From: Eledone cirrhosa
Taxonomy: Eukaryota
Direction: 5' to 3'
Length of the DNA: 64,000 bases
NCBI GenBank assembly: GCA_964016885.1
Contig: OZ024745.1
Coordinates: 48,918,001 to 48,982,000 of the forward strand
This document shows, one piece after another, positions 14,301 through 28,700 of this stretch (position 1 is its first letter; every line of letters starts with the position of its first letter). A model generated the notes under the pieces. That model saw only the letters and a program-made list of their open reading frames with translations. It had not been told where the DNA came from and did not search any database. The translations under genes and the position numbers were made by a program.

Positions 14301-17300
14301 TCCATACACACGCACACATGTATATCATGACTCATACACTATTCACTTCCCTGACATTTGTACATTATTCTATGTACTATACATGCACCTTTGATGAGTT
14401 GTAGTGCACCTGAGCACTGTACACAATAATTTCATTATTATTATATATATAGGAGGGAGAGTAAAAAGAGTGATAATTTTTTTAAAAGCTGGTACAATGA
14501 GGTAGAAATATACATAGGACAAATGATGACAAATTAAACAAAAAACAAAGTAATGTTTTACCCTGTCTATTTTAGCATGATAGTTTAGGGCTATTACCAT
14601 CTTTTCAATCTGTCCTGTTTTATGTGTTTTGATAAGATGGTAGAAGGTGGGAGCTTACTGTTTCTGGTGATGAAGATGCATTTTATTCTACTAAGGAGGC
14701 TTCTGTTGTTAATGGTGACCTCTAGTTGGCTAGATGTGATGGTGTTGCTAACCTTACTATATAGAGTTGTGTTAAGGTGTTTTAGCTCTAGTTGTGTATA
14801 AATGTTCTGCTCAATGTCACAGAATTCTCTCCTTTTGTCTGATGGGAGGTATATAATAATAATAATAAAAATAATAATAATGAAATTATTGTGTAAAGTG
14901 CTCAGGAGCACTACAACTCATCAAAGGTGCATGTATAGTACATAGAATAATACACAAATGTCAGGGAAGTGAATAGTGTATGAGTCATGATATACATGTG
15001 TGTATGTGTATGGAGGGGGAACATTACGTGTAGTGTTGGCGAATCTCGGGAAGCATGGAGGCCTTAAAGGATGCAGTGTCTCGACAGCTAACAACCGATG
15101 CAGGTAGTTTGTTCCATGCTTCAGCAACTCTGAGCATGAAAAAATGTTTCTGAAAGTCACGGGAACTGCACTGTTTTCTGACTTTGTGAGCATGCCCACG
15201 TGTGTTAGACACATGGAAATCAAAAAGGTACTCAGGGTTGTTGTTGGCAAGATGATTAACAATATTGTGGGTGTTTACCAAGTCAGTTGCCAGGCGTCGG
15301 AGCTTCAATGTATCCATGCCCAGGGAAGCAAGGCGCTCAGAGTATGGTAGATGCCGATGGAGGGTATTCGCTTGGTTGCACGTCTCTGAACAGTTTCCAG
15401 GCAGTCAATTTTCTGAGCAAGATAGGGGTTCCAGACTGGTGATGCAAATTCTAAGTGTGGCGGCACCATAGCTATGTACAGCTTTAAATAGATAGCTGGA
15501 GAGCGGCTGACAAAGGTCTTGCTGAGTCATGCTAAGACACCCTCAGCCCTCTTGACAATTTTAGAGACGTGCTTCGTCCAACGCAAATCGCTGCTGACCG
15601 TAATGCCCAGGTCACGTTCACAAGAAGACTTCTTGATATTAGTGCTGTGGAGGGAGTATGTGGACGCTGGCTTTTTACTCCCAAAATGCATGGTGGTGCA
15701 CTTGTCCACAGCTAGCTTGAGTTGCCAGTCTGAGATCCATTGTTGCATTGTGTCCAGGTCAGACTGCAAGCAAGATCTATAGTGTTCAGGATCTGTCCTT
15801 TTTATCTCAAGGTACAGCTTGATGTCATCTGTGTACTTTAATACTGTGGAATTCTTTAAGTTGGCATCTATGTCATTAATATATGCCACAAACAAAAGGG
15901 GGCCAAGAACAGATCTCTGTGGTACACCAGATGACATCTCATATGGTGAGGAATGCTGTCCCAGAACCGTGACTACCTCTCTTCGACTGAGAATGAAGGA
16001 CTTCAACCAATTAAAAAGATCATCCGTCACACCCATTGCAGAGAGTTTTGCCATAAGCATTTTGTGTGGCACAGAATTGAAAGCTTTCGCAAAGTCAAGG
16101 TAAACAACATCCACCCATGAGCCGCCATCAGTGATCCGGGTGATGTCTTCAAGAAACTCGATAAGTCGTATTTTTTAAAATGTAGTTCTCTTGAAGTGGT
16201 GAGCTGGGACCTAGAGAGATTGTGGAAGTGGGAAGAGTGCTTTTGTAAGATCTTGGAAATGGAATTCTTGAGTCTAGCTAGTTTAACGTTAAGTTTATGG
16301 TTGATGGAGGTGGTTGGAGTGGGTTGCCAGGGTGGAATATGGAGAAAGAACCAAAGTTCATGTTAACAGAGGTAGTAGTAGTGGCAGTGTTGGTGAAGTC
16401 TGTTGTGGTAGTGGTAGGCATGGATGTTAGAGCTGTCACCCACTTTAACTGATATGCTGTTTGTACAGAAGTTGGCCTCATTGCCAAGCCTTATCTTCTC
16501 AGTGTAGCATTGACCTACGATGAATTTAGATCCATAACTTAATAATTCCAATTCTCTAGATGTTGTCGAGCCAGATAGATCGGTTACATGTGCTTTGTTT
16601 GTAGTTTCGTTTGTAGTTCTATTGTGGTTGTTGTAATTTCCAAGTGCCTCTTCACCTAAAAAACATTGCTGCAGCCAAGACATTGAGGTCCCCATATTTC
16701 ACAAACATGTGGTTAGAATGTTTCAGGAAAGAATCGCTGAACAGATTTTACATGCAAAACTAACTGGTCAGGAGACCTGGTCTTGTTTGAGGATCCAGCC
16801 AGATCAATTGGAGATAGCTGCTTCTGACAGGACCTGCTCGAAGGTGTACTTAAGGACTCTGCCCCCAGGAATAAGTGAGGAAAGAAGGAGAAGATTCAAC
16901 AAGTACTTACTTGTATAGTTGGGGATATTTTAAATACATTCTTTTTTACTGTTACACTCTCACTTTTTGTAATTTAAGCAAGTTCAGTATCTTACTGGTG
17001 TTTTTACTCAATAAGAAGAGGTGTAAAACAGAAAGTTATCTTTTCCATGAAGCATCAAGTTTAGCTTTTTTGCTGTATTTCTTCTCTTCAATGATCTATA
17101 TTCTTTCTAATAGTATTTGTTGTATTGGTTTTTAAATATCTTTTTTATGCTTATAGAATGACCAAATGAGACAGGATATTAGTGACTACAAAATGCAGCT
17201 ACAATCTCAAAGAGATAACTTATTGCATCAAAAAGAAGGGGATTTGGAATATAAAGAAAAGGTATTAAAGAAGAATCGTCAGCTTGGTGAGGCAATGGAA

Positions 17301-19663
17301 GAATTGCAGGTATGAGAATCTGTTTCTATGAATTATAAACAAAATATTTGAATGGTATGTGTTTGTCATTTCCAACAGTACAGGAGTGGTATCACTTGTC
17401 AACAGTTAATACATGTAACTGTAGTTTATCTCTGCAAGTGAAGTGATTGAAGTTTTTAAGATGAGATTATTATAATCCTAGCCAGCACTGAGTTAAGCCA
17501 CCTTGGGTGGCTATTTACTTATCAAAGGGTTTCTCTCATCCAGGTCTCTCTGTGTCAGAAGGAAGGAAAAGCTAGTAGTTCCGAGACAGATAACCAAATA
17601 AAGAGGTTGCTAAGAGAGTTAGCAATGCCCATCTGAAAAGCCTTAATGAGGATTTGCTTCATTTCTAAGTTTAAAAGATGGCTGTTCACTCAGTTTCATA
17701 TGGACCCAAAAATCTGGTATGGTCCCCTATGAGCTCTATGGCTCCTTGTTGAGATTCACTTGTCTAACCTTTATTTGATGTTTCTTTCCTAAAGTTGGTA
17801 ACTGCAGATAGAATAGTTTCAGATTTCTATTTTTATTTGTGCAGAATTTAACTGATGCTAATGAAGACCTGAAAGATCAAGTTGAAAAACTGACTAACAA
17901 GTTAACCGAAGCTGTCAAAGATATTGAACAAGCAACTGAAGAATATTTAAAAGTGAAGGTAATTGATATTAAAGTTATAAAAAAAATATGCACCCATTAG
18001 TTATGACTGACCCTGTGTTTGCACCTGGTCAAAGTACAAGCCTGAGAAAAGAGTTTTGTAAAAGACTAGCTGTTGCCCATGCATGCCAGTCTCCCCTTCC
18101 ATACCACCAATGTTGTCCAAGGGAAAGGCAAAGATCAATGTAATTTGGCACTCGTGTTGGTGTAATTCATATTTTCCAGCTGAGTGGATTGGAGCTATGT
18201 GAAATAAAATGTTCTGGTCAAAGTGACCAGTCATCCAAGTTACCAGTAAGTAAAGCAATTAAGGAGATATGTGTGATATTTGCAAATGTGTGATATTTGC
18301 TGAGATGCTGAAAGCATCTGGTATAGTGGGATGCAAGCTAACTATGTGCATAGTAAATGAAGTAATACAGGATGGCGTCATACATAATGACTGGAATAGC
18401 AATGCCATCAACCACTACTATGGCAAAGGACATATACTGGACAGAGGAAATTAGAAATATGAAGTTGATGAATTAGATCATGAATGAACTAAAACCAAAC
18501 AGATTACAAAACTAATAAGAATGAAATAAACAATTGTTTCTACTTTTTGGCACAAGGCCAGCAATTATCCCAGTGTATTACTGGTACTTTATTTAATCGA
18601 CCCCGTAAGGATGAAAGGCAAAGTTAACCTCGGCGGGATTTGAACTCAGTCCGTAAAAGGACGTAACTGTGCTGCAAAACATGGCGTCCGACCCTCTACC
18701 GATACTGCCAATCCACCATCATTCAAGAAACATGTCAGCTTTATGGGAATTATAATAAATTGCAGGCTCAGATTAAATACAAAATACTTATGGTTATTGG
18801 TTTTGTGTTTTATGTGCAGAAACTATTCCATGTATAAAAGTTTCTATGTAATGATTATAATATTTATTTGATATCTATTTGTATAGAAAATTGTTGATGA
18901 TGGTGATAACATCAATGATAAATTAAGAGAAGAGAACGAATTTATGAAAAGTCAGGTTGGTATGACATATCTTTCTGAAACTATATAAATATTACAAGAA
19001 TAAGTAATTATGTCATTTCATTTCATTTCATTTCATTTCATTTCATCATTCATTTCATTTTACGTCCGTTTTTTTCCTTGCTTGCAAGGGTGGGACGGGA
19101 ACTGATTCTGGCTTGATTTCTACAGCTGGATGCCCTTCCTAACACCAACCTCATTTTCAGTGAGTGCTGGGTGCTTTTTTTTCATGGCGCCTACACGTCC
19201 ACTTTACAGTGTGGGCTAGGTGCTTTTTTGCCGTGGCACTTCCATGACCACTTTGCTGTGGAATGATAGGGACTCCAGTCCTATCATCTCATTTCTACAG
19301 CTGAGTAAACTGGAGCAATGTGAAATAAAGTGTCTTGCTCAAGGAAACAACACATCACCCGGTCTGAGAATTGAACTCACAACCTTTCGATTGCAAGGCC
19401 AATGCTCTAACCACTAAGCCATGTGCCTCCATAAATATATATCCAATACAATTCAGGGTCTTCTCACTCCAGTTATATGAACCCCTCCCTGGTTGAACTC
19501 CACCGCTTTCTGTTTGGTTTGGCCATGTCACTTGGCCAATTGCAGGTTGGTGAGGTTATGTAACCCAGGGTCTGGTGGGGGAGCCAGTTTAGTTGCCGAC
19601 CTCGCAACCATGAAGCAGGTACTGGGTTATATGGTATCAGTAGCAGGTAGGAGCCTCACCTGA

Positions 19664-19712
<49 letters not shown>

Positions 19713-22700
19713 ATTTTCAGGCATAAGGTGTTTGATTTGGCAAAGTTGTGAGAGTGTTGGGTAGTTTGTTTCAGGTCTCTATGTTCTGTGTTCAAATCTG
19801 ACCAAGGTCTACTTTGCCTTTCATGATTGATAAAGACAGTATCAGTCTAGTGCTGGTGCAGTCATTTCTCCTTCTATCTGTCGTATCCTGGATGTTCTAC
19901 TGGATTAAAGAAGGGCAGGTTGAGAGGGTGCCTATATGAGCTTGTAAAACCCTTAGTGAAAGCATGGTTCATACTATCGGCTCTACACATGACAATGCTT
20001 TGGGATCGTTAGCTTAGGATGACCTCGGCCTTGTTGAGCAAAAAGAAGATGGTACATGCTACCAAGTCAACCTTGATTGCCAGTGATGGCTGTAGTAGAT
20101 TTCTTGGCAGAGAAAATGCTGTTTTTCTCCCAAAATAAGTCTGGAGAATTTACACTGCCGCTTAGAAGTTGAATGTTACATTAGTCATAGGCCTCTCAAA
20201 ATGTCCTTCATACAGGGAAATACAATATCGTTTATACTTTGAAATATAATTTTTAGCTATTAAATATTTATATAGTTTTAATAATAGAGTAGCTGGCTTC
20301 TATGTACATGTTATGTATTTAAATTAAAGGATGAATTTATTGTGGTCTAGATACCATAATTTTTTAGTATGTTAAACCAGTAAAGTTTATTCAGATGTTT
20401 AGTTGAAGTGAAAAAGTTAGTTAAAGCTAGTTAATAATATCTTGAACTCGAAATATATACACGTAGAATAATATAGTATCTAAAGTTAAGGTATTTTCGC
20501 AAATATTTCTTTGCAGTTGTGGAAAATAAAAACCACAATTAAGGATTTGTTTGACACTCATGATTTTTACAACCTTTTTTTGATCATATTGATTATTATT
20601 AATATTAATCTATCTGTTTGAGTACTATATTATAATAATTATATAATGGGCAAGTCATTTTTAGCCATTCAAAAACACATAAATATTGTTAGATTCATGT
20701 TTCATTTATTTTGTGGCATCAAATTTTTTTTTCACTCTTTGTCACCTCGTCACTGACACAACGTTTTTTGCAACAGTTGTAGATTTTCTGTGGTTTTGTG
20801 AATGGCTAAAATGACTTGCTTATGATATAATTGCTTCATTTCCAACACATGTTGTCAAACAAGCACAACTTGGAAATCAAATCGAAATATACCCATGAGA
20901 AGACTGCCATGTTTATGATTATGATTTCTATCTATTTTTCAGCTTGCTGATTTGATGGAGAAGTTACAAGTAAAATCAGAATCTGATGATTCTGTCATGC
21001 TAGCAGTAAATGAAAAAGTGAATGACTGGAAGGTATATAAATATTTATTGTTTTTTAAAACTAGCATTTTAAGGTCCTGCTAAAGCAAGGATCAGCCATG
21101 TGACCAGTGTGACACCAAAAAATCATTTGTTTTGTTAAGTTATAGTAATGTAAGCATTATTGATAATAATCTGGTGAATTTTGTTGTTTTACAGAAAATC
21201 CTTGCTGAAAAAGACCAAGACATTGCTAGTTATCAAGGAGATATCATGAATCTTCGTAAAAAGCTGGAAGTTGTAAATTTAGATGCTGACCGTTCCTCAT
21301 TAATTACCCTAACAAGTGTAAGTTGTATACATTAACTTTTAACATCCTGTACCACATAAACCACGTTATAGTATAGATTAACTTTCAACATCCTGTACCA
21401 CATCAAACCACATTATAGTATAGATTAACTCTCAACATCCTGTACCACATCAAACCACATTGTAGTATACATTAACTCTCAACATCCTGTACCACATCAA
21501 ACCACATTGTAGTATACATTAACTCTCAACATCCTGTACCACATCAAACCACATTGTAGTATACATTAACTCTCAACATCCTGTACCACATCAAACCACA
21601 TAGTATACATTAACTCTCAACATCCTGTACCACATCAAACCACATTATAGTATAGATTAACTCTCAACATCCTGTACCACATCAAACCACATTATAGTAT
21701 ACATTAACTCTCAACATCCTGTACCACATCAAACCACGTTATAGTATAGATTAACTTTCAACATCCTGTACCACATCAAACCACATTATAGTATAGATTA
21801 ACTCTCAACATCCTGTACCACATCAAACCACATTGTAGTATACATTAACTCTCAACATCCTGTACCACATCAAACCACATTATAGTATACATTAACTCTC
21901 AACATCCTGTACCACATCAAACCACATTGTAGTATACATTAACTCTCAACATCCTGTACCACATCAAACCACATTATAGTATCCATTAACTCTCAACATC
22001 CTGTACCACATCAAACCACATTATAGTATACATTAACTCTCAACATCCTGTACCACATCAAACCACATTATAGTATACATTAACTCTCAACATCCTGTAC
22101 CACATCAAACCACACTATAGTATACATTAACTCTCAACATCCTGTACCACATCAAACCACATTGTAGTATACATTAACTTTCAACATCCTGTACCACATC
22201 AAACCACATTATAGTATACATTAACTCTCAACATCCTGTACCACATCAAACCACATTATAGTATACATTAACTCTCAACATCCTGTACCACATCAAACCA
22301 CATTATAGTATCCATTAACTCTCAACATCCTGTACCACATCAAACCACATTATAGTATACATTAACTTTCAACATCCTGTATCACATCAAACCACATTAT
22401 AGTATACATTAACTCTCAACATCCTGTACCACATCAAACCACATTATAGTATAGATTAACTCTCAACATCCTGTACCACATCAAACCACACTATAGTATA
22501 CATTAACTCTCAACATCCTGTACCACATCAAACCACATTGTAGTATACATTAACTCTCAACATCCTGTACCACTTCAAACCACATTATGGCATCCATTAA
22601 CTCTCAACATCCTGTACCACATCAAACCACATTGTAGTATAGATTAACTCTCAACATCCTGTACCACATCAAACCACATTGTAGTATACATTAACTCTCA

Positions 22701-25700
22701 ACATCCTGTACCACATCAAACCACATTATAGTGTACATTAACTCTCAACATCCTGTACCACATCAAACCACATTATAGTATAGATTAACTTTCAACATCC
22801 TGTACCACATCAAACCACATGATAGTATCCATTAACTCTCAACATCCTGTACCACATCAAACCACATTGTAGTATACATTAACTCTCAACATCCTGTACC
22901 ACATCAAACCACATTATAGTATAGATTAACTTTCAACATCCTGTATCACATCAAACCACATTATAGTATACATTAACTCTCAACATCCTGTACCACATCA
23001 AACCACATTATAGTATAGATTAACTCTCAACATCCTGTACCACATCAAACCACATTATAGTATACATTAACTTTCAACATCCTGTACCACATCAAACCAC
23101 ATTATAGTATAGATTAACTCTCAACATCCTATACCACGTCAAACCACATTGTAGTATACATTAACTCTCAACATCCTGTACCACATCAAACCACATTATA
23201 GTATACATTAACTCTCAACATCCTGTACCACATCAAACCACATTATAGTATACATTAACTCTCAACATCCTGTACCACATCAAACCACATTATAGTATAC
23301 ATTAACTCTCAACATCCTTTACCACATCAAACCACATTATAGTATACATTAACTCTCAACATCCTGTACCACATCAAACCACATTATAGTATACATTAAC
23401 TCTCAACATCCTGTACCACATCAAACCACATTATAGTATACATTAACTCTCAACATCCTGTACCACATCAAACCACATTGTAGTATACATTAACTCTCAA
23501 CATCCTGTACCACATCAAACCACATTATAGTATACATTAACTCTCAACATCCTGTACCACATCAAACCACATTATAGTATAGATTAACTCTCAACATCCT
23601 GTACCACATCAAACCACATTATAGTATCCATTAACTCTCAACATTCTGTACCATATCAAACCACATTATAGTATAGATTAACTTTCAACATCCTGTACCA
23701 CATCAAACCACATTATAGTATCCATTAACTCTCAACATGCTGTACCATATCAAACCACATTATAGTATACATTAACTCTCAACATCCTGTACCACATCAA
23801 ACCACATGATAGTATCCATTAACTCTCAACATCCTATACCACATCAAACCACATTGTAGTATACATTAACTCTCAACATCCTGTACCACATCAAACCACA
23901 TTATAGTATAGATTAACTTTCAACATCCTGTACCACATCAAACCACATTATAGTATAGATTAACTCTCAACATCCTGTACCACATCAAACCACATTGTAG
24001 TATACATTAACTCTCAACATCCTGTACCACATCAAACCACATTATAGTATAGATTAACTTTCAACATCCTGTACCATATCAAACCACATTATAGTATACA
24101 TTAACTCTCAACATCCTGTACCACATCAAACCACATGATAGTATACATTAACTCTCAACATCCTGTACCACATCAAACCACATTGTAGTATACATTAACT
24201 CTCAACATCCTGTACCACATCAAACCACATTATAGTATAGATTAACTTTCAACATCCTGTACCACATCAAACCACATCATAGTATCCATTAACTCTCAAC
24301 ATCCTGTACCACATCAAACCACATTATAGTATCCATTAACTCTCAACATGCTGTACCACATCAAACCACATTATAGTATACATTAACTCTCAACATGCTG
24401 TACCACATCAAACCACATTATAGTATACATTAACTTTCAACATCCTGTACCACATCAAACCACATTATAGTATAGATTAACTTTCAACATCCTGTACCAC
24501 ATCAAACCACATTATAGTATACATTAACTCTCAACATCCTGTACCACATCAAACCACATTATAGTATACATTAACTCTCAACATCCTGTACCACATCAAA
24601 CCACATTATAGTATAGATTAACTCTCAACATGCTGTACCACATCAAACCACATTATAGTATACATTAACTCTCAACATCCTGTACCACATCAAACCACAT
24701 TATAGTATAGATTAACTCTCAACATCCTGTACCACATCAAACCACATTATAGTATCCATTAACTCTCAACATCCTGTACCACATTATACTATAGATTAAC
24801 TTTCAACATCCTGTACCATATCAAACCACATTATAGTATACATTAACTCTCAACATCCTGTACCACATCAAACAACATTGTAGTATACATTAACTCTCAA
24901 CATCCTGTACCACATCAAACCACATTATAGTATACATTAACTCTCAACATCCTGTACCACATCAAACCACATTATAGTATAGATTAACTCTCAACATCCT
25001 GTACCACATCAAACCACATTATAGTATACATTAACTCTCAACATCCTGTACCACATCAAACCACGTTATAGTATAGATTAACTTTCAACATCCTGTACCA
25101 CATCAAACCACATTATAGTATACATTAACTCTCAACATCCTGTACCACATCAAACCACATTATAGTATACATTAACTCTCAACTTCCTGTACCACATCAA
25201 ACCACATTATAGTATCCATTAACTCTCAACATCATGTACCACATCAAACCACATTATAGTATACATTAACTTTCAACATCCTGTATCACATCAAACCACA
25301 TTATAGTATACATTAACTCTCAACATCCTGTACCACATCAAACCACATTGTAGTATACATTAACTCTCAACATCCTGTACCACATCAAACCACATTATAG
25401 TATAGATTAACTCTCAACATCCTGTACCACATCAAACCACACTATAGTATACATTAACTCTCAACATCCTGTACCACATCAAACCACATTGTAGTATACA
25501 TTAACTCTCAACATCCTGTACCACATCAAACCACATTATAGTATCCATTAACTCTCAACATCCTGTACCACATCAAACCACATTATAGCATCCATTAACT
25601 CTCAACATCCTGTACCACATTAAACCACATTGTAGTATACATTAACTCTCAACATCCTGTACCACATCAAACCACATTATAGTGTACATTAACTCTCAAC

Positions 25701-28700
25701 ATCCTGTACCACATCAAACCACATTATAGTATAGATTAACTTTCAACATCCTGTACCACATCAAACCACATGATAGTATCCATTAACTCTCAACATCCTG
25801 TACCACATCAAACCACATTGTAGTATACATTAACTCTCAACATCCTGTACCACATCAAACCACATTATAGTATAGATTAACTTTCAACATCCTGTACCAC
25901 ATCAAACCACATTATAGTATAGATTAACTCTCAACATCCTATACCACATCAAACCACATTGTAGTATACATTAACTCTCAACATCCTGTACCACATCAAA
26001 CCACATTATAGTATACATTAACTCTCAACATCCTGTACCACATCAAACCACATTATAGTATAGATTAACTCTCAACATCCTGTACCACATCAAACCACAT
26101 TATAGTATCCATTAACTCTCAACATTCTGTACCACATCAAACCACATTATAGTATAGATTAACTTTCAACATCCTGAACCACATCAAACCACATTATCGT
26201 ATCCATTAACTCTCAACATGCTGTACCATATCAAACCACATTATAGTATACATTAACTCTCAACATCCTGTACCACATCAAACCACATGATAGTATCCAT
26301 TAACTCTCAACATCCTGTACCACATCAAACCACATTGTAGTATACATTAACTCTCAACATCCTGTACCACATCAAACCACATTATAGTATAGATTAACTT
26401 TCAACATCCTGTACCACATCAAACCACATTATAGTATACATTAACTCTCAACATCCTGTACCACATCAAACCACATTATAGTATAGATTAACTCTCAACA
26501 TGCTGTACCACATCAAACCACATTATAGTATACATTAACTCTCAACATCCTGTACCACATCAAACCACATTATAGTATAGATTAACTCTCAACATCCTGT
26601 ACCACATCAAACCACATTATAGTATCCATTAACTCTCAACATCCTGTACCACATCAAACCACATTATAGTATAGATTAACTTTCAACATCCTGTACCATA
26701 TCAAACCACATTATAGTATACATTAACTCTCAACATCCTGTACCACATCAAACCACATTGTAGTATACATTAACTCTCAACATCCTGTACCACATCAAAC
26801 CACATTATAGTATACATTAACTCTCAACATCCTGTACCACATCAAACCACATTATAGTATAGATTAACTCTCAACATCCTGTACCACATCAAACCACATT
26901 ATAGTATACATTAACTCTCAACATCCTGTACCACATCAAACCACGTTATAGTATAGATTAACTTTCAACATCCTGTACCACATCAAACCACATTATAGTA
27001 TACATTAACTCTCAACATCCTGTACCACATCAAACCACATTATAGTATAGATTAACTCTCAACATGCTGTACCACATCAAACCACATTATAGTATACATT
27101 AACTCTCAACATCCTGTACCACATCAAACCACATTATAGTATAGATTAACTCTCAACATCCTGTACCACATCAAACCACATTATAGTATCCATTAACTCT
27201 CAACATCCTGTACCACATCAAACCACATTATAGTATAGATTAACTTTCAACATCCTGTACCATATCAAACCACATTATAGTATACATTAACTCTCAACAT
27301 CCTGTACCACATCAAACCACATTGTAGTATACATTAACTCTCAACATCCTGTACCACATCAAACCACATTATAGTATACATTAACTCTCAACATCCTGTA
27401 CCACATCAAACCACATTATAGTATAGATTAACTCTCAACATCCTGTACCACATCAAACCACATTATAGTATACATTAACTCTCAACATCCTGTACCACAT
27501 CAAACCACGTTATAGTATAGATTAACTTTCAACATCCTGTACCACATCAAACCACATTATAGTATACATTAACTCTCAACATCCTGTACCACATCAAACC
27601 ACATTATAGTATACATTAACTCTCAACATCCTGTACCACATCAAACCACATTATAGTATCCATTAACTCTCAACATCATGTACCACATCAAACCACATTA
27701 TAGTATACATTAACTTTCAACATCCTGTATCACATCAAACCACATTATAGTATACATTAACTCTCAACATCCTGTACCACATCAAACCACATTATAGTAT
27801 AGATTAACTTTCAACATCCTGTACCACATCAAACCACATTATAGTATAGATTAACTCTCAACATCCTATACCACATCAAACCACATTGTAGTATATATTA
27901 ACTCTCAACATCCTGTACCACATCAAACCACATTATAGTATACATTAACTCTCAACATCCTGTACCACATCAAACCACATTATAGTATAGATTAACTCTC
28001 AACATCCTGTACCACATCAAACCACATTATAGTATCCATTAACTCTCAACATTCTGTACCACATCAAACCACATTATAGTATAGATTAACTTTCAACATC
28101 CTGAACCACATCAAACCACATTATAGTATCCATTAACTCTCAACATGCTGTACCATATCAAACCACATTATAGTATACATTAACTCTCAACATCCTGTAC
28201 CACATCAAACCACATGATAGTATCCATTAACTCTCAACATCCTGTACCACATCAAACCACATTGTAGTATACATTAACTCTCAACATCCTGTACCACATC
28301 AAACCACATTATAGTATAGATTAACTCTCAACATGCTGTACCACATCAAACCACATTATAGTATACATTAACTCTCAACATCCTGTACCACATCAAACCA
28401 CATTATAGTATAGATTAACTCTCAACATCCTGTACCACATCAAACCACATTATAGTATCCATTAACTCTCAACATCCTGTACCACATCAAACCACATTAT
28501 AGTATAGATTAACTTTCAACATCCTGTACCATATCAAACCACATTATAGTATACATTAACTCTCAACATCCTGTACCACATCAAACCACATTATAGTATA
28601 GATTAACTTTCAACATCCTGTACCATATCAAACCACATTATAGTATACATTAACTCTCAACATCCTGTACCACATCAAACCACATTATAGTATAGATTAA

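Noticed and set aside
17010-17036. NKKRCKT as the homolog of the vertebrate NKRLKKK microexon
   Set aside because: There is no AG acceptor in the right place and no phase-0 donor.
19285-19432. tRNA genes (also 18536-18718, 52886-53066)
   Set aside because: A/B boxes are present, but there is no full cloverleaf and they continue into repeated SINE bodies.
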